A DNA stretch of 62,237 bases, filler included. It is 7 parts of 7 records of this genome, joined end to end, with 100 filler letters (N's around TTAATTAATTAA, not from the genome) between each part and the next. Parts side by side here need not be neighbours in the genome. Positions count along the whole stretch, not along the records: positions 6,976 to 15,635 come from SRR31147125_26984; positions 15,736 to 21,037 come from SRR31147125_27034; 5 more parts are not named here. The stretch is one strand, 5' to 3'. The stretch's first letter is position 1. Each line of letters opens with the position of its first letter. Under the pieces are notes generated by a model, which ran no database searches, was not told where the DNA came from, and saw only the letters and a list, made by a program, of their open reading frames with translations. The position numbers were made by a program, and so were the translations under genes. Below are positions 8,596 to 18,713 of the stretch, one piece after another.

Positions 8596-9246
8596 TTATT
8601 GATTCGATCTTTTAATTAAGGCAAAAGTAATGGCAAGGTGTGCAGCATAGTAGGTTGGCAAAATCAAATAATTCAGGTTGGTGTAGCCAACAAATTCTTT
8701 AAAAGAAATTATTGTGTCAGAAAATAAAACCAGTGCAATTCCAAAAGAATAAGCCCATCGAACTACCGCATTTGTTTTCAGTCCAAGTGCTGCCCCGAGC
8801 GAAATACAGGAAATCAAAAGGTAAATCAAAACAGCTATTTTCATCACAGCTCCATCAATTGCGGGGAAGAGCGTGAGAAAATAAAAGGCCAGAAAAGCGA
8901 TTAACAATACTCCGGTAAAAACTTTGTTGATTTTCCCGTTAAACAAGGCAAAAGCGAGGTAGCCAACATGAGCAACAAAATACAATGCTATTCCGGTAAC
9001 AAACATCCCAGAATCTCCCTTCATATTCGATAAAAACCAATCGCCTGCAATGGAAAAAGCAAAGGCTCCGATTATCATCCATACATTTTTATTTTGTTTT
9101 GGATTCAGGAAGAAAAGAAACAAGAGGATTAAAATACCAGCACCTGCTGTTCCCGATTTGAAGAAAAATCCAAACCCGTTTAATGCCAGATAAGCTAAAA
9201 CGACCGGAATAAGTAGTAATAAATATTTCAAATGATTCTTATTCAT
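8596..9246 (-). CDS. YhhN/lysoplasmalogenase-family membrane protein
   Basis: Multiple TM helices; FSIAGDWFL, FVAHVGY, FSDTII and TYYAAH motifs. Confidence 0.8.
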   Translation of the reverse strand: MNKNHLKYLLLLIPVVLAYLALNGFGFFFKSGTAGAGILILLFLFFLNPKQNKNVWMIIGAFAFSIAGDWFLSNMKGDSGMFVTGIALYFVAHVGYLAFALFNGKINKVFTGVLLIAFLAFYFLTLFPAIDGAVMKIAVLIYLLISCISLGAALGLKTNAVVRWAYSFGIALVLFSDTIISFKEFVGYTNLNYLILPTYYAAHLAITFALIKRSNQ

Positions 9247-9271
9247 AATGCCAAAGTTTTTTGTTAATTAT

Positions 9272-11674
9272 CTATTTTGAAGGCAGCTCCAGTTCCTGAA
9301 AATAGTCAGAACCATACCCACCCCCTTTGTTGCGGGCTAACCAAAGCCGGTAATTTAGATTTTCGGTGGGAGCAATGTATCTGTAGTTAATTAAATCTGT
9401 TGCTGTGAGAACAATAACTTCGGGCATTCCATCTTCGGCGGTTCTTTGTACTACCACTTCATCACGAAAATCGCCATACAAATCAGCGGTCATTAAAACT
9501 CTGCTGTTTGGAATAGTATTTGGTTCAACTCCCGGCACTTCAACCACTTCTTTCCCATTGAATTTTCCCACGGCGTGTCCTCCTTTCATAAGAAGTTCGC
9601 GGGTTGGGCTCCCGTCCCATTCAAAGGGTTTATAACTTGGAAAAGGTTCAATCAGCTTTTCTCCTTTTGCTGAAAAAAGCACGATATCGGGCTTCCATCC
9701 GTTGTGGCTGGCAAGGCACTCTATTCCGGGAGAACCATCCCAAATATCGGCCGCCCAGCCAACATGACCATGTACCCATCGGGGATCATCTGCTCTGTTT
9801 TCTTTCCAGATTACCTCGCCATTATTGGCATCAACCATATAAACACCTGCGTGGGCATTCGACTCCACAACATAATAAACTTCCAGTCCGGGGCGCTCTG
9901 GTAAAAAGTCGTGAATCCTGACTTTATCGGGGTGCTGCCGGTAAATAGACCAGCGCATTGTTCCATCGTTGTTTAAGCATGTCGTTCCGTTAAATACTTC
10001 TTGCTTACCATCAAAATCAATATCGTAAACTTCAATTTTATGTGCCCCGCTTCCGTTGGTTTCAGCAAAACTATTGAACTGCCAGAGCTTATTTAAATCC
10101 GCATCGAAAGCCACCAAAACCTCATTTTCGTACAAGCCGGTTTGGGTAACAATTGCCGGGTTTTCACCATCGAGATATGCAATAGACATATGTATTCTGG
10201 TTGATGAACGCATATTGTCTGTAGCCATTTCGGGCCATGGAGTTTTGTTCTTTACTTCTCCGGTCATTCCGTCGAGAATGGCAAGGTAAACCGCATTGTC
10301 GATCTGTATCCTGGCAATTACTTCTGCTTTGCCATCGCCATCCATATCCCAAATATTATAGGCTACGTTACTTCCGCTACCATAACAATATTCGTGCTCG
10401 CTAATGTCTTTTCGCCACATGGAACGTCCGTACGACGAAAATGCTTCAATCTGAACCGGAAGTTCTGGTTTTTGCGATTCCTCGTGGTTTCCATTGTATA
10501 AACGGGCAACACAATCGAGGCTGCCATCTCCGTTTAAATCGCCAAAAACTGGGGCAACTTCGCCGCCTTGTTTACATACTGGTTTAAATTTTACAATTGC
10601 AGTTGAGTTCTCCTCCTCAACATTTGTACTTGCCCAGTTTGATCTCCGTCCTTCTTTTCCTTGCTTGTCAACTGTTTTTACGTAATAATGATACCTTTTC
10701 CCTATTTCAAGATTTTTATCGATAAAAGTTGTTGAACCGGAAATTGGTACTTTATTGATTAAAAAACCTGAATGATTGCGTGAATCGGCGCGGTAAACAT
10801 TAAATCCGGTGGTTTCTGTCTCTTTGCGAAGAAGTGCCCAACTTAAAAATACATTCCCATTTCCTGTTGAAACAGCACAAAGTTTTCGGTTTTGAATATG
10901 CCAGTCAATACCTTCGGGCTGGCGAATTGGACGAAAACCAGCATCGGGATGACGAATACCGGCAGAAAATTCAGATTGATTTCCGCAACGCAAATATTCT
11001 TTACTCCGTGCCCACGAACCTCCCATGCGGCTGCCTTCGAGTAGCGGTACATCAATAATTCTATATTTATAGGGAGTAACTGCTGGATCGAGCAGGTTAA
11101 TGGTGAGGTGCCAGGCATTGCCAGCCATGTTATATAATCCGTAACCGTTTGGTTTGTTTGAGCGTGCCGGCTGCAGATAATCCTGCCACTGATTAAACTG
11201 ACGTGATTCATTTGCATCAAAGTTGGCCCTATTCTTTCCAATTTTATCTCCCCAGGGATAAATTTCATTCTCCAATCCGCCTCTTGATGCCCACTCAAAT
11301 TCAATGGTTGTGGGTAAACGGTACACTTTCCCTTCTTGTTCCGAAAGCCATTTTACATACGCTTCCACATCGTAACGGTTAACAAAAATTACCGGGTAAT
11401 CTTCTTTCCCTTCAGGAATTATTCCATCCTTCCAATGTAGTGGAATAGGGAATCCGGTAGCATCGGTAAATAATTTATATTCCGCGTTTGTAACCTTATG
11501 GTCCAGCATTTCAAAATCGTCGACTCTAACCATGGGACGATCTGGATTTGTAACCACATCGCCACTTTTAAAGGAGTCTCCTTTAATAAAAACAAATCCT
11601 TCAAGTTTAGATGTTTGTGCCGAAAGGATATTTATTAACGAAATTAACGATAGAAAAAGCAAAAAGCGTTTCAT
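9272..11674 (-). CDS. Fusion of an FGE-sulfatase-like domain with a rhamnogalacturonan lyase family 11-like protein
   Basis: N-term VTNAEY/YPVIFV/RLPTTIEFEWASRGG/NGYGLYNMAGN/GGSW/GFR; then VFLSW..GFNVYR Fn3-like domain and Ca-binding propeller repeats (GDLNGDG, DMDGDGKAEV, AYLDGENP, PERPGLEV). Confidence 0.8.
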   Translation of the reverse strand: MKRFLLFLSLISLINILSAQTSKLEGFVFIKGDSFKSGDVVTNPDRPMVRVDDFEMLDHKVTNAEYKLFTDATGFPIPLHWKDGIIPEGKEDYPVIFVNRYDVEAYVKWLSEQEGKVYRLPTTIEFEWASRGGLENEIYPWGDKIGKNRANFDANESRQFNQWQDYLQPARSNKPNGYGLYNMAGNAWHLTINLLDPAVTPYKYRIIDVPLLEGSRMGGSWARSKEYLRCGNQSEFSAGIRHPDAGFRPIRQPEGIDWHIQNRKLCAVSTGNGNVFLSWALLRKETETTGFNVYRADSRNHSGFLINKVPISGSTTFIDKNLEIGKRYHYYVKTVDKQGKEGRRSNWASTNVEEENSTAIVKFKPVCKQGGEVAPVFGDLNGDGSLDCVARLYNGNHEESQKPELPVQIEAFSSYGRSMWRKDISEHEYCYGSGSNVAYNIWDMDGDGKAEVIARIQIDNAVYLAILDGMTGEVKNKTPWPEMATDNMRSSTRIHMSIAYLDGENPAIVTQTGLYENEVLVAFDADLNKLWQFNSFAETNGSGAHKIEVYDIDFDGKQEVFNGTTCLNNDGTMRWSIYRQHPDKVRIHDFLPERPGLEVYYVVESNAHAGVYMVDANNGEVIWKENRADDPRWVHGHVGWAADIWDGSPGIECLASHNGWKPDIVLFSAKGEKLIEPFPSYKPFEWDGSPTRELLMKGGHAVGKFNGKEVVEVPGVEPNTIPNSRVLMTADLYGDFRDEVVVQRTAEDGMPEVIVLTATDLINYRYIAPTENLNYRLWLARNKGGGYGSDYFQELELPSK

Positions 11675-11703
11675 TTTAGTTTAGTTTTATTGTTCGTATA
11701 AAT

Positions 11704-12480
11704 TCATTGTTTCCAATTAAGCGTATTCCGTATAATCTGCACAAAATTTTCATTTAAGAAATCGGCACTTTGATGGCCTGGCTGATAGTAAAACACCCAA
11801 CCATCACCGGTTTTCTGATACCAGCCCGATGTGGGTTGCATTAACTGATTATCTTCAGCAATAAAACCGAAAAGTATTTTTTTCTTATTAATATCTGCAT
11901 AATGCTGATTGACAAAAATCTCTGTATCAAGCAAATCAAAAGCCTGATATTCTCCGTTTAACTCTTCGGAATAATCGCTTTGAAAATGTACACGTTTATT
12001 GTACGAGATTTTATGGGTTGTAATAAAATGATTTGGCGATAAATTCACCAGCGTATGGGTTGTATTCTGTAATACATTCCATCCGTATTGTTCTTTTTTC
12101 GGGTATAATTTAATGCCTAAAAACTCCAGCCATGCGCGATTCTTCCTTTTTGCAGAAGCGATACCGTGGTGTAGCACAATTAATGTTCCTCCACTATTCG
12201 CATAATTAATCAGGGCCTTTTCTGTTTTTTCATTTAAAGTTTTGTGCAGGTACATAAATACAAAATCGTATCCTTGCAGATCTGAGCTAAGGTTTTCTTG
12301 TCCAACACTGTCAATTTTATACTTACTCTCACTATTTATTTGTTGAGCAAGTGTATGCATTTGTGGCCATTCATCGGCAACAATCAGAATTTTACTTTTT
12401 TCTTTCTGATTGCAGGAAACAGATAGAAAAGTACAAACGACAAAAATTGCAAACAATAATATTTGTTTTATAATTTTCAT
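11704..12480 (-). CDS. ThuA-like (class I glutamine amidotransferase-like) lipoprotein
   Basis: Lipobox SVSC; GGTLIVLHH; GDGWVFYYQPGH. Confidence 0.75.
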   Translation of the reverse strand: MKIIKQILLFAIFVVCTFLSVSCNQKEKSKILIVADEWPQMHTLAQQINSESKYKIDSVGQENLSSDLQGYDFVFMYLHKTLNEKTEKALINYANSGGTLIVLHHGIASAKRKNRAWLEFLGIKLYPKKEQYGWNVLQNTTHTLVNLSPNHFITTHKISYNKRVHFQSDYSEELNGEYQAFDLLDTEIFVNQHYADINKKKILFGFIAEDNQLMQPTSGWYQKTGDGWVFYYQPGHQSADFLNENFVQIIRNTLNWKQ

Positions 12481-12902
12481 TTTGAACTATTTATAGTGAT
12501 ACTGCAATTGTACTTCCCGCTTTCTAATACAACAGAGGAGATATTGTTCTGAATTTTAAATCTTTCCTTTCCAAGAAAATATTCTGTAGTTCCCGCAGGC
12601 AAGATAACTTCAGCCTCAATACCAACCGGAATTTCGAGAGCCATTTCCATTTTGTCACCATTTAATTCCCAATTGCAAGACAACTTCCCAAAAGGTGTTT
12701 CTTTAAATGTTTTTGACCAGGTAACACCTTGAGGGATTTGGGGCTGAATTATCACTTTCCTGTACATGGGAACATCTTCTGCCGGGCGGATTCCTCCAAT
12801 AGCCTGATAAAACCACGAGCCAATTCCGTTGTAGCAGTTGTGTATCCGGCTTCGGTGTCCGTTCCAGTGTTCCCAGGTGGTGGTTGCTCCGTTGTCAATC
12901 AT
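12477..12902 (-). CDS. C-terminal fragment of GH78 alpha-L-rhamnosidase (frameshift near 12927)
   Basis: GATTTWEHW, SRIHNCYNGIGSWFY; one extra A in the A6 run restores MLKKRDYPGFLYMIDNG. Confidence 0.85.
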   Translation of the reverse strand: MIDNGATTTWEHWNGHRSRIHNCYNGIGSWFYQAIGGIRPAEDVPMYRKVIIQPQIPQGVTWSKTFKETPFGKLSCNWELNGDKMEMALEIPVGIEAEVILPAGTTEYFLGKERFKIQNNISSVVLESGKYNCSITINSSK

Positions 12903-15172
12903 GTACAGGAAGCCAGGATAATCTCTTTTTTAAGCATGGAATACATCAAGTCAACTTCCTGATTTTCTACAACCCACTGCGTAATTACGGGCAATCCTAC
13001 CAGTCCGCAAGCCAAATGTCCATTCCAATTTGTATTTGTTTCCTTATAAAATGCTTGTGTTACTTTTTCTGTCAGATGTTTGGGGACTACTCCTGAAATC
13101 ATCGGGAAAGCCAAATCAATCTGAGTGCCGGTTCCATAAGTATTATTCTGTTCCGAGAAATAAACCTTATGAACTTTGTTTTGCTTTTGTTTCTTTTTGA
13201 TTTTGTATTGACGTGCATCTTCAGGTTTTGCAAGCACTTGAGCTATTTTTTGCATCTGATCGAAACAAACAGCCAGGTACGAATTATTTACTACATCAAC
13301 CGAAGCCTCAGCAGTTTGGTCAATCCCTTCGGGCGTTGCCCAGTCGCCCAAAAACCAGTTACGGTACTCAGTATTTGGCCAGGGTTTTAATAAGCCATCA
13401 ACGGTGTACTTATCAACATATTCCAACCATTTTTGCATTACCGGGTAATTCTTTTGCAAAACCAGTGTATTGCCATAATTCAAAAAAGTATTCCAGCTTG
13501 CCGAAATAATAAAACCGCACCAGTACGGGCCTCCGCCAGCGTTGTACGGATTTGGGGCAACATGCGGCATTCCTCCGTCTTCACGGATTACATCGGTCCA
13601 GGCCTGAAGCCAGTTGGTATAAAGCGGTCCCAGGTTAAACATAGTTTGTGCGGTTACCGTAGAAGCGTTTCCATCGCCGCCATAACCAAGTCGTTCAATT
13701 TGAGGGCAATCAACCAAATCTCCGCCAATACACAAACAACGAAGCGTATAGAAAAGCATGTCGTGAATTTGGTTTAAATCCGTGTCGGAACATTCGAAAC
13801 CCGATGCCAGTTCATAATCAGTATGAATGAGATAAGCACTGATAGAATCAGGATAAGGCATCTCTTCCAAACCGCTCATTCTGATATATCGGAAACCGTG
13901 GTAATTGAATTTGTTTTTAAAGACCTCGGGCGATTTCCCCGAAGCAAGATATTTATCAAACTGGTTCCTGTCGTTAAACATTCCTTTTTCCGTAAGATGA
14001 TCGCAGTATTCCAGGGTAACTTCCTGCCCTTTTTGTAAATCACTGAAATGAACTTCCACCCAGCCTGTTAGGTTTTTCCCCATATCGATAAGAAAGGTAT
14101 CTTTTGCCAGCTTTAAAATAGCCGCCGGATGCAGTGTGTCCTGAATCTTGTTTAGTTCCACCATTTGCGGGCTAAGCTCATGTTTCGGAATATCAATTAC
14201 TGACACTGCCTTCCAACTCCTGTCGTCTGAATTATCAGTAATCAAATCAGTTTTTGCCAGCTCACCATTTACTATTTCTCCGCCAAACCGGTGTGGTTTC
14301 CAGTTGCCATGCCTCGTATAACTGCTGGTTCGTCCCATCCACGATGAATCTGTTTTTAATACAATTTCTCTTTTATTATTCTGAACCTTTTCGAGTTGTG
14401 CTTTTACTACAGGCGCATTATTAACCACACCCGGAAGTCCTTCTGTATACCAACCACTTCCCAGCCACAGGATCAGATCGTTATAGCCTTCTTTTACGTA
14501 AGATGTGATGTCATACGTATTCGCCAACGAACGCTTGTTAAACTGTGAGACAGCCGGCGTTAGTACTCCGTCTCCAACCTTTTGTCCATTCACATAAACT
14601 TCATGATATCCCAGAGAATTAACATGAAGAATTAGCTTTTTACCGGATTCGTTTAATTCAAAAGACTGATACAATTGAGGGCATTCGCGATAACCTGCAT
14701 TGGTATTAAAAGCTATGTATTCGGCCTGCCAGTCAGTCTCATTTAACAATCCAATTCCGAATTTCGCTGGTTCGCTCCAGTCCGAGACGTTTCCTGACTC
14801 GTCCCAAATTCGTACTTTCCAATAGCCGTGAGAACCTGATTTAAGTTTACTGCCTTTATAACAAATCCAAACCGATGATTCTGATTCAGTTTTTTCCGAA
14901 TCCCAAAGGTCGGCTTTGCTTTCTTTTAACAACTTCAACTCACTTGCTAGCAGAATTTGATAAGCCGCCTGTTTCGTACCATTTCGTTCACTTTTTATTT
15001 TCCAGCTAAAGCGGGGTGTTGTTTTATCAATTCCCAGTGGGTTTTCCAGGTTTTCGCACCGAAGATCGTATATATCGGATCTTTCTTCGTTTTTACATGA
15101 ACTGATCGAAAAAGCAAAAACAATTTGCCATAAAACCATCCATCCGATAAAATATTTAGTCTTTCTAATCAT
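12899..15172 (-). CDS. Alpha-L-rhamnosidase, family GH78 (main part)
   Basis: LRCENLENPLGID..PRFSW, DMGKNLTGW, FNYHGFRY, DCPQIERLGYGGDG and FLGDWA motifs. Confidence 0.92.
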   Translation of the reverse strand: MIRKTKYFIGWMVLWQIVFAFSISSCKNEERSDIYDLRCENLENPLGIDKTTPRFSWKIKSERNGTKQAAYQILLASELKLLKESKADLWDSEKTESESSVWICYKGSKLKSGSHGYWKVRIWDESGNVSDWSEPAKFGIGLLNETDWQAEYIAFNTNAGYRECPQLYQSFELNESGKKLILHVNSLGYHEVYVNGQKVGDGVLTPAVSQFNKRSLANTYDITSYVKEGYNDLILWLGSGWYTEGLPGVVNNAPVVKAQLEKVQNNKREIVLKTDSSWMGRTSSYTRHGNWKPHRFGGEIVNGELAKTDLITDNSDDRSWKAVSVIDIPKHELSPQMVELNKIQDTLHPAAILKLAKDTFLIDMGKNLTGWVEVHFSDLQKGQEVTLEYCDHLTEKGMFNDRNQFDKYLASGKSPEVFKNKFNYHGFRYIRMSGLEEMPYPDSISAYLIHTDYELASGFECSDTDLNQIHDMLFYTLRCLCIGGDLVDCPQIERLGYGGDGNASTVTAQTMFNLGPLYTNWLQAWTDVIREDGGMPHVAPNPYNAGGGPYWCGFIISASWNTFLNYGNTLVLQKNYPVMQKWLEYVDKYTVDGLLKPWPNTEYRNWFLGDWATPEGIDQTAEASVDVVNNSYLAVCFDQMQKIAQVLAKPEDARQYKIKKKQKQNKVHKVYFSEQNNTYGTGTQIDLAFPMISGVVPKHLTEKVTQAFYKETNTNWNGHLACGLVGLPVITQWVVENQEVDLMYSMLKKEIILASCT

Positions 15173-15635
15173 CCTTTTTTATTTGATTATTTTTTATGAG
15201 TTTGTCTACTTCTTCCAGCTTAAACTGTGTAGAAACCACAGAATAATTCTCCCCTTGACGATAACTTACCGAATTGGTTGCAACAAATGTCCCGTCGGGC
15301 AACATTTCCAATCCGGGATATTCGGTTGTTTTATATGTATGTAAAAGTTTAATTCGGTATTGTCCTTCACGCCTGTTTACTAAATCATCGTAGGTTCCAA
15401 CCCATGCTGCAAAGTGTCCTTTTGTGGGGCTTTTTTCTGCCACATCGCGACCTACAATTACCAGGCGCCCATCTTTTGCATAACAAGCCTGGTGCCGGTC
15501 CATGGTTACGCTTGCCGGTGTCTGAAATGGTTCGCCCCAGGTTAAGCCTTCATTGTTTGAAAGCATTATCCATGAATTGTAATCGCGATTATTTTCTCGA
15601 ATGAGCATTAGTAATTGTTTCCCATCTGGCGAAGG
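15165..15635 (-). CDS. BNR/Asp-box (sialidase-like) protein, C-terminal part, 5' end cut by contig edge
   Basis: Asp-box SNNEGLTW; YPGLEMLPDGTFVAT; frame open to the contig end. Confidence 0.7.
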   Translation of the reverse strand, partial: PSPDGKQLLMLIRENNRDYNSWIMLSNNEGLTWGEPFQTPASVTMDRHQACYAKDGRLVIVGRDVAEKSPTKGHFAAWVGTYDDLVNRREGQYRIKLLHTYKTTEYPGLEMLPDGTFVATNSVSYRQGENYSVVSTQFKLEEVDKLIKNNQIKKDD

Positions 15636-15735
15636 NNNNNNNNNNNNNNNNNNNNNNNNNNNNNNNNNNNNNNNNNNNNTTAATTAATTAANNNNNNNNN
15701 NNNNNNNNNNNNNNNNNNNNNNNNNNNNNNNNNNN
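15636..15735. other. Artificial contig spacer
   Basis: N44-TTAATTAATTAA-N44. Confidence 0.99.
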
Positions 15736-15736
15736 T

Positions 15737-17254
15737 GGTAAGATCCCCAAAAAAATAAAGAAAAAATCGACAGAACCCACATTTTTGTCACGGACAATCC
15801 GGAATTTGGAAAATGAGGTTGAATATACGGCTGTTGGCAATCTTGGGCAATTGTCACAAAAATTAAATGTTGATAGCATCTTTGCGATATTGGAAATTCA
15901 GTCACCGGAGAAAATCGATTCCCTGAAAAATGATATGCAAGCCAGTTATAACCAATGGAATGAAACATTGACAAATATCGATGTGAAAAGTCAACTTGAA
16001 GAAAAACAAAACCTTATAAAGAAGGTCGATCCGACAAAAATATCTTCTATCACAGAGTTAACAAGTGCTCTTAGTACTGTAGAGAATGTCCGGACGGAGA
16101 TTGATTCGTTGCAGAATTTTCTTGGGAATACCAGATCCCGTCTGGATGAGAGTCTGGAACTGGCGAAAACCAGCGTGACGAAAGTGGACAATTGGATAGA
16201 AGATGATTTTCGTCGCGCTCTGGCCAAAGCCAAATTGCCGGATCTGAATCAGAAAAGTATTGGCAAAATTTTGTTTGGTAAAAAACTGATCAATCAGTAT
16301 AGCGCTCTGTTGGGATATATCAATAAAACCAGATATTACGCTGCAAAGTTTAAATCAGACAAGCCTGAAAAAGAAAAGCCCCCGCGTTTTGCCGGACAGA
16401 ATATTTATTTTCCTGTCAGAAATGCTGTACCCAAATTATGGATTAAAATGATTGATATCTCTGGCAAAACATTTAACTCTATCCTTTTTTCCGGCAAGGT
16501 GACAGATATTGTGTCCAATCAGGACCTTATTGGCAAATCCACAAAATTAAATATAAGCGGTTCTCAGAATAACCTGTATTCACTTGCTTTTAACGGGGAC
16601 CTTAATTATCTTGGTGAGAAACCTGAGGAACGTTTTCAATTATCCATGGCCGAGATTCCCATGTCGAATATAAAACTCTCGGAATCAGCCTTTTTGCCAT
16701 ATAAATTAAATAAGGGACGTGGTGCTATTCAGGCGACAATGGATCTAAATGGAGAAACCCTGGACGGGAATGTCAGGTTCTCCGGTAATGAGCTGGTGTT
16801 TGATTTAAAGAGTGAAGAAAAACAGCTTTCAAGGCCAGAAGCTGTCGTTCGCTCCATATTTAACAATACGTCCGTTATTGATTTCAACGCCCGGATTCTC
16901 AGTGATAATGAAAAGACGCAATTTTCTTTAAATTCCAATCTGGATGATTTGTTTGTGCAAAAACTAAGATCTGAAATAAGTGCAGAACTTGAAAGCAGAA
17001 AAGAGGCCCTCAAGACGAAAATTTCCAATATTGTAGAGGAAAAACGGCAAAACTTTATTAAATTTAGCCAGGAATACCAGGCCAAACTTGACGCAGAATT
17101 GGGCAAGCATGAAGCTCTGCTAGAGGAGACCATGCAAAAGATAAATGATAAAAAAGCAGAGATTGAAACCAGAATTAATGATGAGAAGAATAAACAAAAG
17201 AAAAATCTGGAAGATAAAGCGAAATCAAAGATAAAAGGTATTTTTGGTAGTTAA
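15737..17254 (+). CDS. TIGR03545-like protein, 5'-truncated
   Basis: Coiled-coil, PPRFAGQNIYFP...PKLWIK motif, beta-rich middle, NSNLD, C-terminal coiled-coil; frame open from contig start. Confidence 0.65.
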   Translation, partial: GKIPKKIKKKSTEPTFLSRTIRNLENEVEYTAVGNLGQLSQKLNVDSIFAILEIQSPEKIDSLKNDMQASYNQWNETLTNIDVKSQLEEKQNLIKKVDPTKISSITELTSALSTVENVRTEIDSLQNFLGNTRSRLDESLELAKTSVTKVDNWIEDDFRRALAKAKLPDLNQKSIGKILFGKKLINQYSALLGYINKTRYYAAKFKSDKPEKEKPPRFAGQNIYFPVRNAVPKLWIKMIDISGKTFNSILFSGKVTDIVSNQDLIGKSTKLNISGSQNNLYSLAFNGDLNYLGEKPEERFQLSMAEIPMSNIKLSESAFLPYKLNKGRGAIQATMDLNGETLDGNVRFSGNELVFDLKSEEKQLSRPEAVVRSIFNNTSVIDFNARILSDNEKTQFSLNSNLDDLFVQKLRSEISAELESRKEALKTKISNIVEEKRQNFIKFSQEYQAKLDAELGKHEALLEETMQKINDKKAEIETRINDEKNKQKKNLEDKAKSKIKGIFGS

Positions 17255-17303
17255 GGACTGCCATGTACTATTCTAGATAATTGTATGTAGATTAATTTCA
17301 ATT

Positions 17304-17672
17304 TTGGAGCAAGAACTTATAGAATCTCCACTATTAAATAGCGAGAGCCATTCACCGGAAGCTGAATTGATGCACAAAATAGAATCTTCGCATATTATTG
17401 TAGCTTTCTTTTCGCTTTCGGAATGTTTGATTTGTAAAGACTTTCAGCCAAAAGTGGAAAAACTTGTAAAAGAGTATATTCATGTGGGGTTTCTACACAT
17501 TAACTGTGAGAAATTGCCAAGAATCTGTGGTCATCATACTGTCTTTACTGTTCCGACGATTATAGTCTTTCAAAATGGTAACGAAGTAAAACGATTCAGC
17601 CATAGCATTGGTATTTTAGAGATTCGTAATATATTGGATCGATTGACTCTATTAGATTCACATAACAACTAG
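17304..17672 (+). CDS. Thioredoxin-family protein
   Basis: CLIC CxxC motif; FTVPTIIVFQNGNEVKR cis-Pro region. Confidence 0.8.
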   Translation: MEQELIESPLLNSESHSPEAELMHKIESSHIIVAFFSLSECLICKDFQPKVEKLVKEYIHVGFLHINCEKLPRICGHHTVFTVPTIIVFQNGNEVKRFSHSIGILEIRNILDRLTLLDSHNN

Positions 17673-18557
17673 TTATTTTCTGACAGATCTGGCTTGATCA
17701 TCGGCATGATAAGAAGACCTTACCAGCGGGCCAGATTCACAGTGTTTAAATCCTTTTTTCAAGGCTATTTGTTTTAATTCTGCAAACTCTTTTGGATGCC
17801 AGTATTTTTGAACTGGTAAAAATAGTGCCTGTTTTTTTGTCGGTGGGAGATATTGACCGATAGTTAGAATATCCACGTTTACTGCAAGAAGATCATCCAT
17901 AGCTTTTTTGATTTCATTTTTTGTTTCTCCAAAACCAGGCATAATGCTGGATTTTGTCAACGACCAAAGTTCAATTTCTTTGGCATAACGTAAAAAACTT
18001 AATGAACGATCATATGTGGCCTTTGAGCGTATGCGCTTTGAAAATCGTTTCACAGTTTCAATGTTATGGTTGAAAATATCCGGTTTCGCTTCCATAACAG
18101 TTTTAATATTGTCATAAACGCCGCCCATGTCAGAGGGGAGAACTTTAACGGTACATGGGGGAAATTTTATTCAGATTGCCTGGATTATGACGGCAAAGAT
18201 ACAGCCTCACCATCAATGGTCGTTCCTGGCCACTGCCGTAATGACAGCAGGACGTAAGCCCATTTGAGCCACGGATTTTGCTCCCCGTTCCGGTTTATGC
18301 GTATCCAGATCTGTTGGTTTACCTGACTTGACAGCACAAAATCCGCACGACCGTGTACAGGTATCACCCAGTATCATGAATGTTACTGTCTTGCGTTGCC
18401 CCCAACATTCGTGAATATTTGGATATTTTGCCTCTTCACAAACAGTATGCATATTTTGACGACGCATGATTTCCTATAAAGACATGACATTTTCAGTCCC
18501 GGTCAGCTTTGTTTTTAACCATTCTGGCTTGTGGGTTATCTTTTGAATTTCAATCAT
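17673..18557 (-). pseudogene. lipA: Lipoyl synthase pseudogene
   Basis: [29 protein letters not shown] and [10 protein letters not shown] present, but with an in-frame TAG at codon 28, CEEAKCPN changed to CEEAKYPN, and further frameshifts/stops near 18170-18215. Confidence 0.85.
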
Positions 18558-18713
18558 TAATAATACTCCCGGAAAGTATGAAAGAACGATATCTGAAGGG
18601 AAAACCGAAAAAATAGATAGTCTATTCCTGGCTGGCACTAGCCGGGAACTGGAGTATTCAATATGACACGAAAACCATTTGTGCGATATGATTTAGCTGA
18701 GAAAGGGATTTCT

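Noticed and set aside
10900-11674. FGE/C-type-lectin domain as a diversity-generating retroelement target
   Set aside because: No reverse transcriptase and no template repeat seen on the contig, and the domain is N-terminal rather than at the usual C-terminal variable position.
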